Source of the DNA: the human T2T-CHM13v2.0 reference genome, Homo sapiens
Assembly (NCBI RefSeq): GCF_009914755.1
Contig: NC_060928.1
Direction: 5' to 3' (one strand)
DNA: 64,000 nucleotides
Positions 1-10,469 of the stretch are shown here, in pieces (the first letter of the stretch is position 1; each line of letters opens with the position of its first letter). Both the position numbers and the translations under genes were made by a program. The notes beneath the pieces are model-generated. The model was not told the DNA's origin. It ran no database searches and saw only the letters and a list, made by a program, of their open reading frames with translations.

Positions 1-511
1 TATGTTCAGCTCTCTTATTCTTTGTTCTCCATTTTAAAGTTTAACTTCCTGGTTCTCTTCATCCTCTTGCCTCTAGTTTCAGTAAACAACTTACCCGCCA
101 GTTCTAATCAGTAATTCACATCTGTTCCCCTGGTCACCTGCTTTGACCTGAGTCACCCCTGGTCACCTGCTCCATACTGACTCATCCTGAGTCACCTGTT
201 CTGTAACTGTCCTTCCTGCCAAACTACTCACCCTGCCACTTTGACTCGTACCCCTCTCTCTTTAAAATAACCAATCGTAATTAGCGTAGACTGTGTGGTC
301 CAATCCTAGCCAATAGGGGAACAACACAGCAGCAGAGGCTACCTGCGTCAGGAATAAGAATCCCCTCCCCTCCCTTGTTCAGGTATTCTCTTTCCATCGT
401 TCCATCCACAAGTCACATGCTTCTATAGAAGTAAAGTTGCCTTGCTGAGAAAAATTCTTGGTGTGCTAGTTCTTCTTTTTGGCACCAAGGAACAAGCATT
501 TGTTTCTAACA
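1..511 (+). mobile_element. LTR10-family solo LTR (HERV-I/IP10 group), 5' end outside the window, inserted in the 5' LTR of the MER4 provirus
   Basis: Similar to the reverse complement of the LTRs at 4288/9683 (shared CTTCTATAGAAGTA, CCCCTCCCTTGT, CCAAT boxes); AP-1 motifs at 149, 178, 188; ends ...TTTCTAACA, then MER4 LTR sequence resumes. Confidence 0.8.
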
Positions 512-580
512 CTACCTTAACCTTGGCAAAATAAAATTTCTAAATTGACTGAGACTTGTCTTAGATGTTTTGGATTCACA
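512..580 (+). mobile_element. 3' end of the MER4 provirus 5' LTR
   Basis: CCTTAACCTTGGCAAAATAA...TTGACTGAGACTTGTCT...TCACA matches the end of the LTR at 11735-11801. Confidence 0.8.
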
Positions 581-3500
581 AATTGGTGACAAATGGAAGG
601 GACATTGAGTGGAGGTGGCCCTAACCTTTGGCAAATCTCCTATCAGTGCTTGGTACCAACTTGAGCTCTTTATGGCTCAAATCAATAGGACAAATTGCTG
701 AAGCTTTGGAGCCCCCCGCTTTCTCTAGAGAATCTTTAATCTCCCCAATTTAGTTGACATCCAAAGTTTGTTTTGCTGTAAAACTCCTTTTCTGGAGTCA
801 AGAGACTTCATACGTATCTCTACCAAATACTATAAGGGGTCAAAATTTGAAATAAGAGTTATTAAAATATAAACCCAGACCAAAACAGAATGACCTTTGC
901 TTGTGTAATTTTTGATAAATAAGACATTAATATTGGTTTAATGAAAATAGCTAAAACTTGAATTATTTTGTAAAATAATCATGTATCTAAACTTAAGGTT
1001 CTCACTTAGGTAAACACCTGAAATCCACAAGCTATAAAATGGTTGACAGGAAAGTAACATTAAATGATAACTATTGCAGGTTTCGTAAATAATCTAGGTA
1101 AACTATTAAAATAAAATAATTATGGAAATGTAATGAAATAAGTACTTGTAGATAAACTTGTCATAATTTAGAATCTAAACTTATATTCAGGTAAATAATA
1201 GACATTTCATTAAATGGATATTTTTCAATTAAAAAATGTACACATGTAGGAAAACATTCTTTCTTAAAAAATATGTGGTCTTGTTAAAAGGTGAATATTG
1301 TTTGTCTACTTCAAAACTTATTCAAATGTTATATATAAAACAAGGTGAAAGGAACCAGGAAAAAAGAGAGATGTAAAGAACATTATAGAAATAAAGAGGT
1401 ATTTTTGTTAAGAAAGTTTAAAGAAAAATAATTTATATGAGAAAGAACCTCATAAGGTAAATTTTTGTCCTAGAATAAAATGACTGGTTCTTTAAGAAAG
1501 AGGGATGTTCAGGACAAACCAGAATGTCCAAGCATGTAATAAATGGTTTGTATAAATCATAATAAGGGAACTTTAGGGAAAAAAAACTTATATGATCAAG
1601 TTGTCTATAATTAAAGGGAAATTATAATGGTATTTCCAGAGATTGGGTTTTCTATTAAAAGAACACGTAGACCATAAAGAATTGGTTAGAACAAAACAAT
1701 TTTCTTAAGGTAGTGCTTTATTCTTAAAAAATTTACTGGATATTATTTTTTAATGCAAAGTTCAAATTTATCTGTTTCAGCTTTCTCTCCCCTTACAAAA
1801 TGTCTGAAATAATAATTCTATCCAACTCATTTTCAGCTCCTGTAAGTATTTTTTCCCCACTTTGGGTTCTAACTGTTTGCTGTAGCCTGATGCCAAAAAT
1901 GTTTTATCTTAAAGGTCTAAAGGAAATGTTTGTTCTAACATAATATTATTTGCTTTTGGCTTAATTTGTTCTATGAATCTGAAAATTTGCACTTACGACC
2001 CAGGAAACACTCCTCCTGTGTCTAACTAATTCAAATATCATTTTCGTAAGTTTTGATTTGCAGGTTATTTAAATGGACTACCCATAGGGAAGAGCAGTAG
2101 TACTGCAGAAGGTCTTTTCTTTTGCCTTTGGGAAACTGGCCTAATAAACAGATTTATGCTTTATCAAAATAATTCCTATGCCATTATTATTAGCTTTTAC
2201 TTTGCTTAGAAAAAAATGAGAATAAAAAATTAATTAAGGTTATTACATCTTTGTAACTTTCCATATGTGCTTTTAAAGTCACTGGGCCATTAAGTTACAG
2301 GGCTTTGCTCCTGGGTCTTTAAAGGACATCTAGTCCTGCTAAATCTTAAACATTGACAGCAGTTAAGGCCTCATCTTCATACCTGCTAGAAGATGCCAAT
2401 CAAAATAAACTGTGTTTGTGAGACACAGGGCAAGAAATTAAAACTATTTAAAAATTTGAAAAACAAATTTAATTGGCCTCATGCTGTCTTTATTAGGGCT
2501 TATTTTCTGAGAAATTAAGTATCCTCTCAAAGAATAAAGTTTTTCTCCTTTTTTTTGAAATTTTTATCACTTTAGCTAAATGAATGACTTATTTTAAAAT
2601 GACCCAGGATTCTATTTTGTGATATCAAATGTTTTAAAGGTTTTATATTTGGCAAACTTTGAAAATCAAATTCTTACTTAGGTCCTCACTAATTTTTGTT
2701 ATTTGTCTCCCGATGTCCCAAAAATACATATTTCACTTATCTGATATATAATAAAATAATATAGAAAATATTGCCACATATGTAACAGTGTTTAACCTTC
2801 TTTGAATTATACTTATATAAATATGTTATTAGCATGTGTTCCAGAATTATATGATTTTCCAATGATTCTGACATGCCTTAGCATATGTTATTAGTAGTAA
2901 TTATGCTTATTAGGTAAAATTGTTGTATGCCACAGAAGTAACCAAATTTCCTTATCAGTTGTATCTTTAACTATGCCTGTTCCAAGACTTTTGTCATTTA
3001 CAGTTGTTTTACTTTTATTCTTTTCAAAAAGTGGTTTTATAATCAGCATAGGACTCTGGCAGGTGCTCCTGAATGTAGGTATCTGATAACTTTGGAGATT
3101 GTGACACTAGAATAGAAAAAACTTTGATGACTCCCATGGAGAGCTGAAATGTCCACAAATATCAAGCAGAACAAGAGTTAACTGTATGGACTGAAATTAT
3201 AGAAGACTGAAATAATCTTTTCATGACTTTTTGCTTAAAATGTTGCTGATCCTTTGTTTTTCAGGGCCAAGGAAACTTTTATTTTGAGTTATTTACAGCT
3301 TTTAGCAATTAAGTATACTTTTATAAACAAAATTTGAAGCATATTTCTCTCTATCTGATTTCTCCAAAATTTGGAATCTAGTTATGGGTATTCTTAACTA
3401 TGGTAATATAGTTATTTGCATAAGTGCAATAAGAACCTGTTTTATCTTGTAACAGGACACAACTGGTTATTTTACTAAAGTTTTCACTGGAATGACATGC

Positions 3501-4287
3501 TTTCAGATGCAGGCTCCTTGAAGGAATTAAATTAACTTATAGAGCCAACAAAAGCACCTTGATAAAGCTGGCCTCACACCTTATCTACACAGTCCCTGTA
3601 CAGGTTCCTGGCCTATAGTAAGTAAAGAATGTAACTCTCTAACAGGCCCAGGAGCCCCAAATTTTCTTGGGACTTCAAAGTAAGGCATTCATCCAGTTAA
3701 TACCAGTGTTTAGCAGAAATTGGTTGGACTTAAGGCATTAAAGTTGAAGCTAAGATTCCTTATGGAATAATGTTCCTGCAAAGCCAGTTTAAAAACAAAA
3801 ATACAGGAGGCATTATGGCAAATAATTATTCTTGCTGACTTTATACAAATACTATGGCCAAGAATAATAAGACTAAAACTTATTTTGCAAGTGGATTTGT
3901 CCTATAATTTGTCTTTAGTGAAAATAGGACTGGAGAGAGAAAAAACTGTATTTCAAAAGATTACTATAGTGCACCTGTTGTTAGATTCTAGTCTTGCCTA
4001 ATGTTTTTCCATTTTTATTATTTTCTTCAGTTTGAACTGAATTCTAAGATTTTTCCTGGCTACAAGTCTCCAAAATAACATTTCCATTTTTTCTTCTTCT
4101 TTCATTTCGGTTTTTTTAGCCCATTTTTCCTGATTTTACATCACTAAAAATTAGGCTGTGCTTTCTTAAAGCCATGCAAACTGAAGCTACACAACTTAAA
4201 CTTCAGAAGAAAATAACAGCCACCTATTTACCTACATAAGCCACTCTCATACTTCCTACTGATGTATGGACTTCAGAATAATATGAC
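581..4287 (+). mobile_element. MER4-group non-coding internal region (first part)
   Basis: AT-rich, ORF-free, lies between the MER4 LTR/PBS and the HERV-IP10 insertion; continues at 10228. Confidence 0.7.
584..603 (+). other. Degenerate primer-binding site (tRNA-Arg-like) of the MER4 provirus
   Basis: TGGTGACAAATGGAAGGGAC 3 nt after the LTR end resembles PBS-Arg TGGCGACCACGAAGGGAC. Confidence 0.55.
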
Positions 4288-4851
4288 TGTTATAAATAAA
4301 GTTTTGTTGCTGCAAAGAAATAGCACTTGAATATAAAATTTTATTTTTAATTCTCAGCCAGGCAATGTACTTCTATAGAAGGGTGCACCCTTAAAAATGG
4401 AGCAATGGTGAGTGCACACTTGGACAAGGGAGGGGAAGGGGTTCTTATCCCTGATGCATGTGGCCCCTCCTGCTGTTTCATTTCTTTATTGGCTAGGGTT
4501 AGACTGCACAGGATAAACTAATTCTGATTGGCTAATTTAAAGAGAGTGACGGGGTGAGTGGTTTGGTGGGAAAAATGGTTATGGCAGAACAGGAAATCGG
4601 AATGAGTCAGGGTGGAGAATGAGCAGGTAATCAGAATGAGTCAGGGTGGAGCAGGTAATCGGAATGAGTCAGGGTGGAGTAGGTAATAGGAATGTAGTCA
4701 AGGTGGAGCAGGTAATTGGACTGAGTCAGGGTGGAGCAGGTAATTGAAAAAGTTGCTTTATGAGGAAGTTAAGTTTAAAAGTAGAAGGTAAAGAATTGAA
4801 CAAACTGACATATTGATTCTTTGAAGACAAATTTAGAACTCATATCCAAGA
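4288..4851 (-). mobile_element. 3' LTR (LTR10A/F-like) with AP-1 VNTR
   Basis: Homologous to 9683-10227; preceded on the minus strand by PPT AAGAGGAGGGGT (about 4852-4863). Confidence 0.9.
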
Positions 4852-4871
4852 ACCCCTCCTCTTGCGTTTCC

Positions 4872-6140
4872 TTACAGTTCTTTCTCTTCAAACTTCTTTA
4901 ATATGTCTTGGCTTAGTTGTTCTGCTTGATTTTCCAAAAGAAGAAGCTTCTCTGGATACGGTGGAGGATAGTTAAGGGAGGTTTGAGTAAGTGCCATTTT
5001 TATGAGACTCTGCACCAACCCACAGATGCATGGTGTGACACAGCACCCAACAAGAATAAGTACACCCATTATGGCTGCGAGGGAAGTAAGGATTGAGGCT
5101 ATTATTCTTTTCCATTTACTGAACCACTTTTCTAGCCATCCTGTAAAGGGGTCATTTACCCCTGAGTTGTTGGCTAACTCACTGGACAGAGCAGTCAGAC
5201 CTTGCAATGCCTTTGTTATACTTCCATCAGGGGAAGTATACCAACTGGAGGACCACCCTAGTGGAAAAGGGACAATCTGGGCCTCTGGCCTGCCATGTGC
5301 TTTTGTTTAATGTGTGGATGGAATATTTGATCCATTTTAACCAGGCATTTGCATCTTGGTATCCTGTCTTAATTGCTAAAATTTGTTTTAAATCTTTAAC
5401 TTCTACGATAGCTATCTTGCTCTTGTCATTAAATGGAGAAGCAATTGTTTCGTTGTGAGAGGTTTTGGAAGAAGAGGAAGGTGCAGGCGGTGGGGGATCA
5501 AAGAAACACATTTCAAAGAATCCAATAGGGTCTGTCCCTGAAACCTCAGACCCCCCATACCATAAAACCGGCTTAAAGAAGAGAATTGGCCTAGAAAAGG
5601 GGAAGAACTTTGAGGGTTCAAGATAATAACCTGTATAGCTTTGTACTGATTTAGTTGACAGTTTGTGTGTGGTGGGGGAGGGCTCTCCCTCTAGTAAAAC
5701 GCATGTATAGTTTTAGGAAATTACAAAAACTGGTTGGGCCAGTCCATCCTTGCTCTTTGGTGGTCCACAGAACATTGGACCAACTACGGTATAAAAGCTC
5801 TGCATCGGGGGGCAAGACTTCTGGTTGACACTGGGTCTTTGTTGAAATCTCCCCAGATTAAATGGTCCGAATTCACTAATGCCCAGTCTGAGGGGAGTCA
5901 AGAGGGACAGAGGTGCTTTTCTGAGGTAGAGAGCTGTCTTTGACTTGGCAAGTCCCCACAGGGTATAACAAGGCAAGCATCAAATGCAATAGTTTGAGGC
6001 AAAATTGACTTAGTTATGTTAATAACTAGATGGTCAGCAATAGAGCGAGAAAAGAAGGAAGAGTAATAGAATAGATAAAAGAGAGTTAGGTTTTTCTTAG
6101 CTTTAGTTTGGTAGGGTTTTCTCCTGGGACTATGGCCCAT
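4872..6140 (-). pseudogene. Disrupted, internally deleted retroviral env (HERV-IP10 / EnvP(b)-like)
   Basis: Signal peptide/SU start (LVINITKSILPQTIAFDACLVIPCGDL), SU piece (TGYQDANAWLKWIKYS), TM piece (PDGSITKALQGLTALSSELA...WFSKWK + hydrophobic helix + GCC) in different frames. Confidence 0.85.
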
Positions 6141-6149
6141 GACTTTGGA

Positions 6150-6340
6150 AGGGTCAGCGCTTTCTTGACTCGAGTGTGATAGTCCATCCCCCTTCCGCTG
6201 TATGCATAGCAGTCTCTGTGGTTAGCAACACAAGGCAGGGTCTTCCCAGGCTGGCTCGAGTTTTCCTTCTTTCCACCCTTTGATGAGAATGGGATTCTCA
6301 GGCTGGTGCTGGTTTACTGGAAATTCTAGGGGTGGTACCT
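6150..6340 (-). pseudogene. Integrase C-terminal remnant (GPY/F region)
   Basis: Minus strand encodes frameshifted KLEPAWE..., LLTTETA.HTAE.GW..., immediately upstream of env. Confidence 0.65.
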
Positions 6341-7038
6341 GTGCTAAAAGACTTTTAGTTTTGAGGGAAAGGAAAGTGGAAGATAAACCAAGTATATAAT
6401 ATCTAAGAAACTGATCTTTCGTTTTTAATGTGGGGACATCAGCAGTGGTCTTTATAGTCCTTGGTGCCTTCTTACTGAGACATTTCCTTTAGCACCTATT
6501 TTTATTAGTTTTTAGACCAAAGAAAGCCAAACACCATTTTATATTAGACATTGCTTCCTGGATAATTTTTATACCAGATAAGCTGAATTTTACCTATATG
6601 TTAGTATGTTATTAATGTTAAACTTAATTTTAATAAAACCTTGTAGACATATTTATCCAATTGTTAATGTCTGACCATAAGGTAAGATTTTTATAGACTC
6701 TTTTTAGCCTTTTATAATTTTTGTTAAAGAACAGGTTAGTGCTTTAAGAAAGATCTGCTGTGCTTTTATTTTAATGTCCAGTTCACAGAAAAACTGGATG
6801 ATACCCCTTTAACCTTAACCAATATGTTTACACACAGAATTTCCTTTACAATTAACATTTCAAAACTTGCTTAAACCTTTAAAACAAAATATGTTTTAAC
6901 GTTTTAATGTAGGTGAAAATCCACATTCTTATGACTCCTTATAGTCCTTTTACCAAAGGTATATTTTACTTTGCTTACATGCCTTGCACATAAACTGTTT
7001 CTTCAATAGTATTATGTTCAGGAGGCCTAATTACTTTT

Positions 7039-7336
7039 TTTTTTTTTTTTTTTTTGAGACAGAGTCTCGCTCTGTCGCCCAGGCTGGAGTGCAGTGGCAC
7101 AATCTTGGCTCACTGCAAGCTCCGCCTCCCGGGTTCAGGCCATTCTCCTGGCTCAGCCTCCTAAGTAGCTGGGACTACAGGTGTCCGCCACCACGCCCGG
7201 CTAATTTTTTATATTTTTAGTAGAGCTAGGATTTCACCGTGTTAGCCAGGATGGTCTCGATCTCCTGACCTCATGATCCGCCCGCCTCAGCCTCCCAAAG
7301 TGCTGGGATTACAGGCGTGAGCCACCGCGCCTGGCC
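7039..7336 (-). mobile_element. AluY inside the provirus
   Basis: Diagnostic CTGCAAGCTCCGCCTCCCGGGTTCA, CCATTCTCC, CCGTGTTAGCCAGGATGGTCTCGATC; T-tail; TSD ATTACTTTT (7030-7038 / 7337-7345). Confidence 0.93.
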
Positions 7337-7703
7337 ATTACTTTTAAATTATACAACATTTCTTGCATAAATTCCCTTTTATAACATTTTTTTTCCACAA
7401 CTTTCACAGACAATTCTTCAACATGCCTCAACTTTCTGACTTGTTGCAAACATCCCTTTCTTTAAACAATCAATTAATTTATTTTAGGACAAGAATTTAC
7501 CATATAACATTCCTTTTTACATAAATTCTCCCCACCCCCCCTTTTTTTTTCCTAAAGATGATAACCATTCTTTTCCAAAGTGAACTTCATGTCTGTGGAC
7601 TAGACTGCCTAAGGCCATATGATTAGAAGTTAGGATAATACACGTTACACTGTTAACTTTTAGCAAACTTTACTCTTGTTGAAAACCTTGTAAATTTGGG
7701 ATT

Positions 7704-7990
7704 TCAATTATCCTTTGCCCTGTTAATAAGACCTTGTTTAGTCCAAATTAACTTAGAATTGGTATAGATGGTTCCTTCCTGGTTCTCTAAGTACATTAAG
7801 GCTTGGCTGAGTGGAAACAGCTCACATGTTGGAGCAGACCAATTATTAGGCAATTTTCCTAAGTCTGCTTCTACAAGAGTTTCCTTATCACTTACTGAAT
7901 ACCCATTGCGTCTTTTTCCCTCAATCACCAGGGAGGAACCTGTCCTGAAGGGAGTTCCTCCTAGGTCTGGCTGGACCTTTGTATGGTAAT
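7704..7990 (-). pseudogene. RNase H remnant of pol
   Basis: GSSLVIEGKRRNGYSV...WSAPTCELFPLSQAL...GTIYTNSK resembles retroviral RNase H (DGSS..SAQ..EL.AL..IYTDS). Confidence 0.75.
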
Positions 7991-8459
7991 TAAGATTTAG
8001 ATCGCCTGTTAGGAAAGATGCTGGGTTAAGGGAATTTTCAGTGGTTAATGTTAAATCATCTTTTTCTAACAGAATAGCCTCATACTTTAAGGTTCTTGGG
8101 TCAGTAAGCTATCTTTTTGCTGGTTTTTTTTTTTTTTTTTTAACATAGGATAGTTCTGACCTGATCAGGTGTGCTCACAATGAGGTTTCCTCTAAAAGTT
8201 ATTTTTCTACTTTATTCTGTTAGCAAAGCAGTTGCCGCTACAGATTGAATGCATTTGGGCCATCCATGGGTTACTGGGTTAAGGATTTTTGATTAGGAAG
8301 GCTACAGTTGCCAGTGGCCTCAGTGCTTTCGGGCTACACTCTTGTTTACACTGACAACAAGGTGGTTTGGGAGTGTTATGGGGTCACAGAGAAGACCTTT
8401 AATTATTAATTATAGGTTTTAAATTTACCCTGGCTTTTAAAGGAATAGAAAAAACTCTT

Positions 8460-8775
8460 TTCTCTTTACTACTTCTATCTCTTTTCTTTCTCTCTCTCTC
8501 TGACTTTGTCTCTCTCTCTGACTCCCTCTTTTGTCTTTCTTTCTCTCTCTGCTTCTCTCTTTCTCTCTCTCTCTCTCTTTGACTCCCTGTCTTTCTGTCT
8601 CTTTCTCTCTCTCTCTGCTTCTTTCTCTCTCTCTCTCTTTCTCTCTTTGACTCCGTCATTCTGTCTCTTTCTCTCTCTCTTTCTCTCTTTGACTCCCTGT
8701 CTTTCTGTCTCTTTCTCTCTCTGCTTCTCTCTTTCTCTCTCTCTCTTTGACTCTCTCTCTTTCTCTCCCAGTTTC
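8460..8775. repeat. (CT)-rich low-complexity tract with degenerate higher-order units
   Basis: About 300 bp of pyrimidines punctuated by recurring TGACTCC(C/G)T and CTGCTTCT. Confidence 0.9.
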
Positions 8776-8980
8776 TCTTTGCTTTTTGCTGGTCTTTCCC
8801 TGCCTCTGCCAGCTGCTTATGCTGCTGTTCTCTCCTCTCCTTCCCCTTCCCGTAGGGGAGGGACTGGCAGAAGTGGAGCTACTCTTTCTTCCCCCGAGAA
8901 GAAAGGAGAGAAGAGTTCTGAATATTTTTCTTACTACTGGAGGTTTGTGTGAGGTTCAACCCCCTGAAATTTGCAGAAGT

Positions 8981-9121
8981 CTCAACCCCTCAAACCAGGG
9001 TTGTCTCTCCTTGCCTGCCCCGGAAGACTCAACCCCTCAAACCAGGGATGTCTCTGCTTGCCTGTCCCAGAAGGCTCAACCCCTCAAAACAGGGGGTGTC
9101 TTGTTTCGCTGCTCTGGAAGG
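8981..9121. repeat. 47-bp tandem repeat x3 in the proviral leader
   Basis: CTCAACCCCTCAAA(C/A)CAGGG at 8981, 9028, 9075. Confidence 0.9.
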
Positions 9122-9661
9122 TTGACCTGTTTCCTCCCTTTCCCCCTCTTAAGGTCCCTTGCACACTTCCCACTCGTGTTGTCATCCCTGGCTGCTCCCC
9201 CAAGGGAGAATTAGGCCGCTCTTAGTGTTGGCATGCTGGTATAAATCCCATGGCAGGATCTGCCCTAAGCCATATGAGGTAGCTACAGAACGGCGGAGAG
9301 GACCCACTCACTCCATCCAGCAGTAGTACTTGTCACCATCCACATGAACAACACTGCAAGTGGGGTTGTTTGTGATCATTCACGCACACACACATTTAGC
9401 CCTCCAGAATTTGACCACCAACGAAGTACTTTACGGGCTCCCGCGGCTTCTCCTTCCTTGGTCTGTGCACAGAGTTGTCGCCACAGTATGTGAGAATCAT
9501 TCAAGCTAGTTTGCTGGCCAGTTTCTTTCCGTGTTGCTGAGAGCTGGGGTTATTCTTCACATTAGGTGGGTCCTGATTTCTCAGCCCTGAGGCAGCCACA
9601 AGTGGGTGGGGCGTGCCTCCTCATGAGAGAGAACTAGAGACCACCCCCAGAGGGGAATGTA

Positions 9662-9680
9662 ATCACGGGCAAGCCCCCCA
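9662..9680 (-). other. Primer-binding site, tRNA-Pro-like
   Basis: Minus strand TGGGGGGCTTGCCCGTGAT versus PBS-Pro TGGGGGCTCGTCCGGGAT, adjacent to the 5' LTR. Confidence 0.75.
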
Positions 9681-9682
9681 AT

Positions 9683-10227
9683 TATTACAAATAAAGATTT
9701 GGTACCACAAAAGAAACAGCACTCTAATATAAAATTTTCTTTTTAATTCTCAGCAAGGTAATGTACTTCTATAGAAGGGTGCGCCCTTACAGATGGAGCA
9801 ATGGTGAGTGCACACTTGGACAAGGGAGGGGAAGGGGTTCTTATCCCTGACGCACGTGGCCCCTGCTGCTGTGTTGTTCCCCTATTAGCTAGTGTTAGAC
9901 TGTACAGGCTAAACTAATTCCAATTGACTAATTTAAAGAGAGTGATGGGGGGTGAGTGGTTTGGCAGGAAAAATGGTTATGGCAGAGCAGGAAATTGGAA
10001 GGAGTCAGGGTGGAGAATGAGCACGTAATCGCAATGAGTCAGGGTGGAGAATGAGCAGGTAATCGGAATGAGTCAGGGTGGGGCAGGTAATCGGAATGAG
10101 TCAGGGTGGAGCAGGTAATCGAAAAAGGTTGCTTTATGAGGAAGTTAAGTTTAAATGTAGAAGGCAAAGAATTGAACATACTGACATATTGATTCTTTGA
10201 AGAGAAATTTAGAACTCATATCTAACA
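9683..10227 (-). mobile_element. 5' LTR (LTR10A/F-like) with AP-1 VNTR
   Basis: Minus strand begins TGTTAGATATGAGTTCTAAATTTCTCTTCAAAGAATCAATATGTCAG (LTR10 start); TGAGTCA repeats. Confidence 0.9.
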
Positions 10228-10469
10228 TGACTTATATTGATTTTCCAATATTGTTCTCCATTTTTTGTTTGTTGTTGTTCTTCTCCCTCCCTCCTGTAGG
10301 ATGTGAGACTTCACCACCTGCTAAAATTGAGCTTTCCTGCTAACATAAGACCTACATGTATTAGAATAAACCATCCTGGCCACGAGAGATCAGACAAAAT
10401 CTGAGAACAGAGACTCATTTACTTCTAAAATGCTTTCTCTGGAAGATTTTAAAAAGAAAAGGGGAGAAA
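10228..10469 (+). mobile_element. MER4-group internal region, 3' part with polypurine tract
   Basis: PPT AAAAAGAAAAGGGGAGAAA (10451-10469) directly before the TG of the LTR. Confidence 0.75.

Larger units (their letters stand above)
4288..10227 (-). mobile_element. HERV-IP10(FH)-like non-autonomous provirus with two LTR10s
   Basis: Paired LTRs 4288-4851 and 9683-10227, 4-bp TSD TGAC (4284-4287 / 10228-10231), PBS-Pro, PPT, RNase H/integrase/env remnants. Confidence 0.9.

Noticed and set aside
4585-4750. CRISPR-like array
   Set aside because: Head-to-tail 28/34-bp repeats without unique spacers, inside a retroviral LTR of a primate genome; no cas genes
6984-7220. Alu-derived ORFs (also 23584, 27669, 28472-28839, 48228)
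   Set aside because: Standard Alu open frames with no coding evidence
8399-9225. ORFs rich in ER/SL dipeptides
   Set aside because: Translation artefacts of the (CT)n tract and the 47-bp repeats
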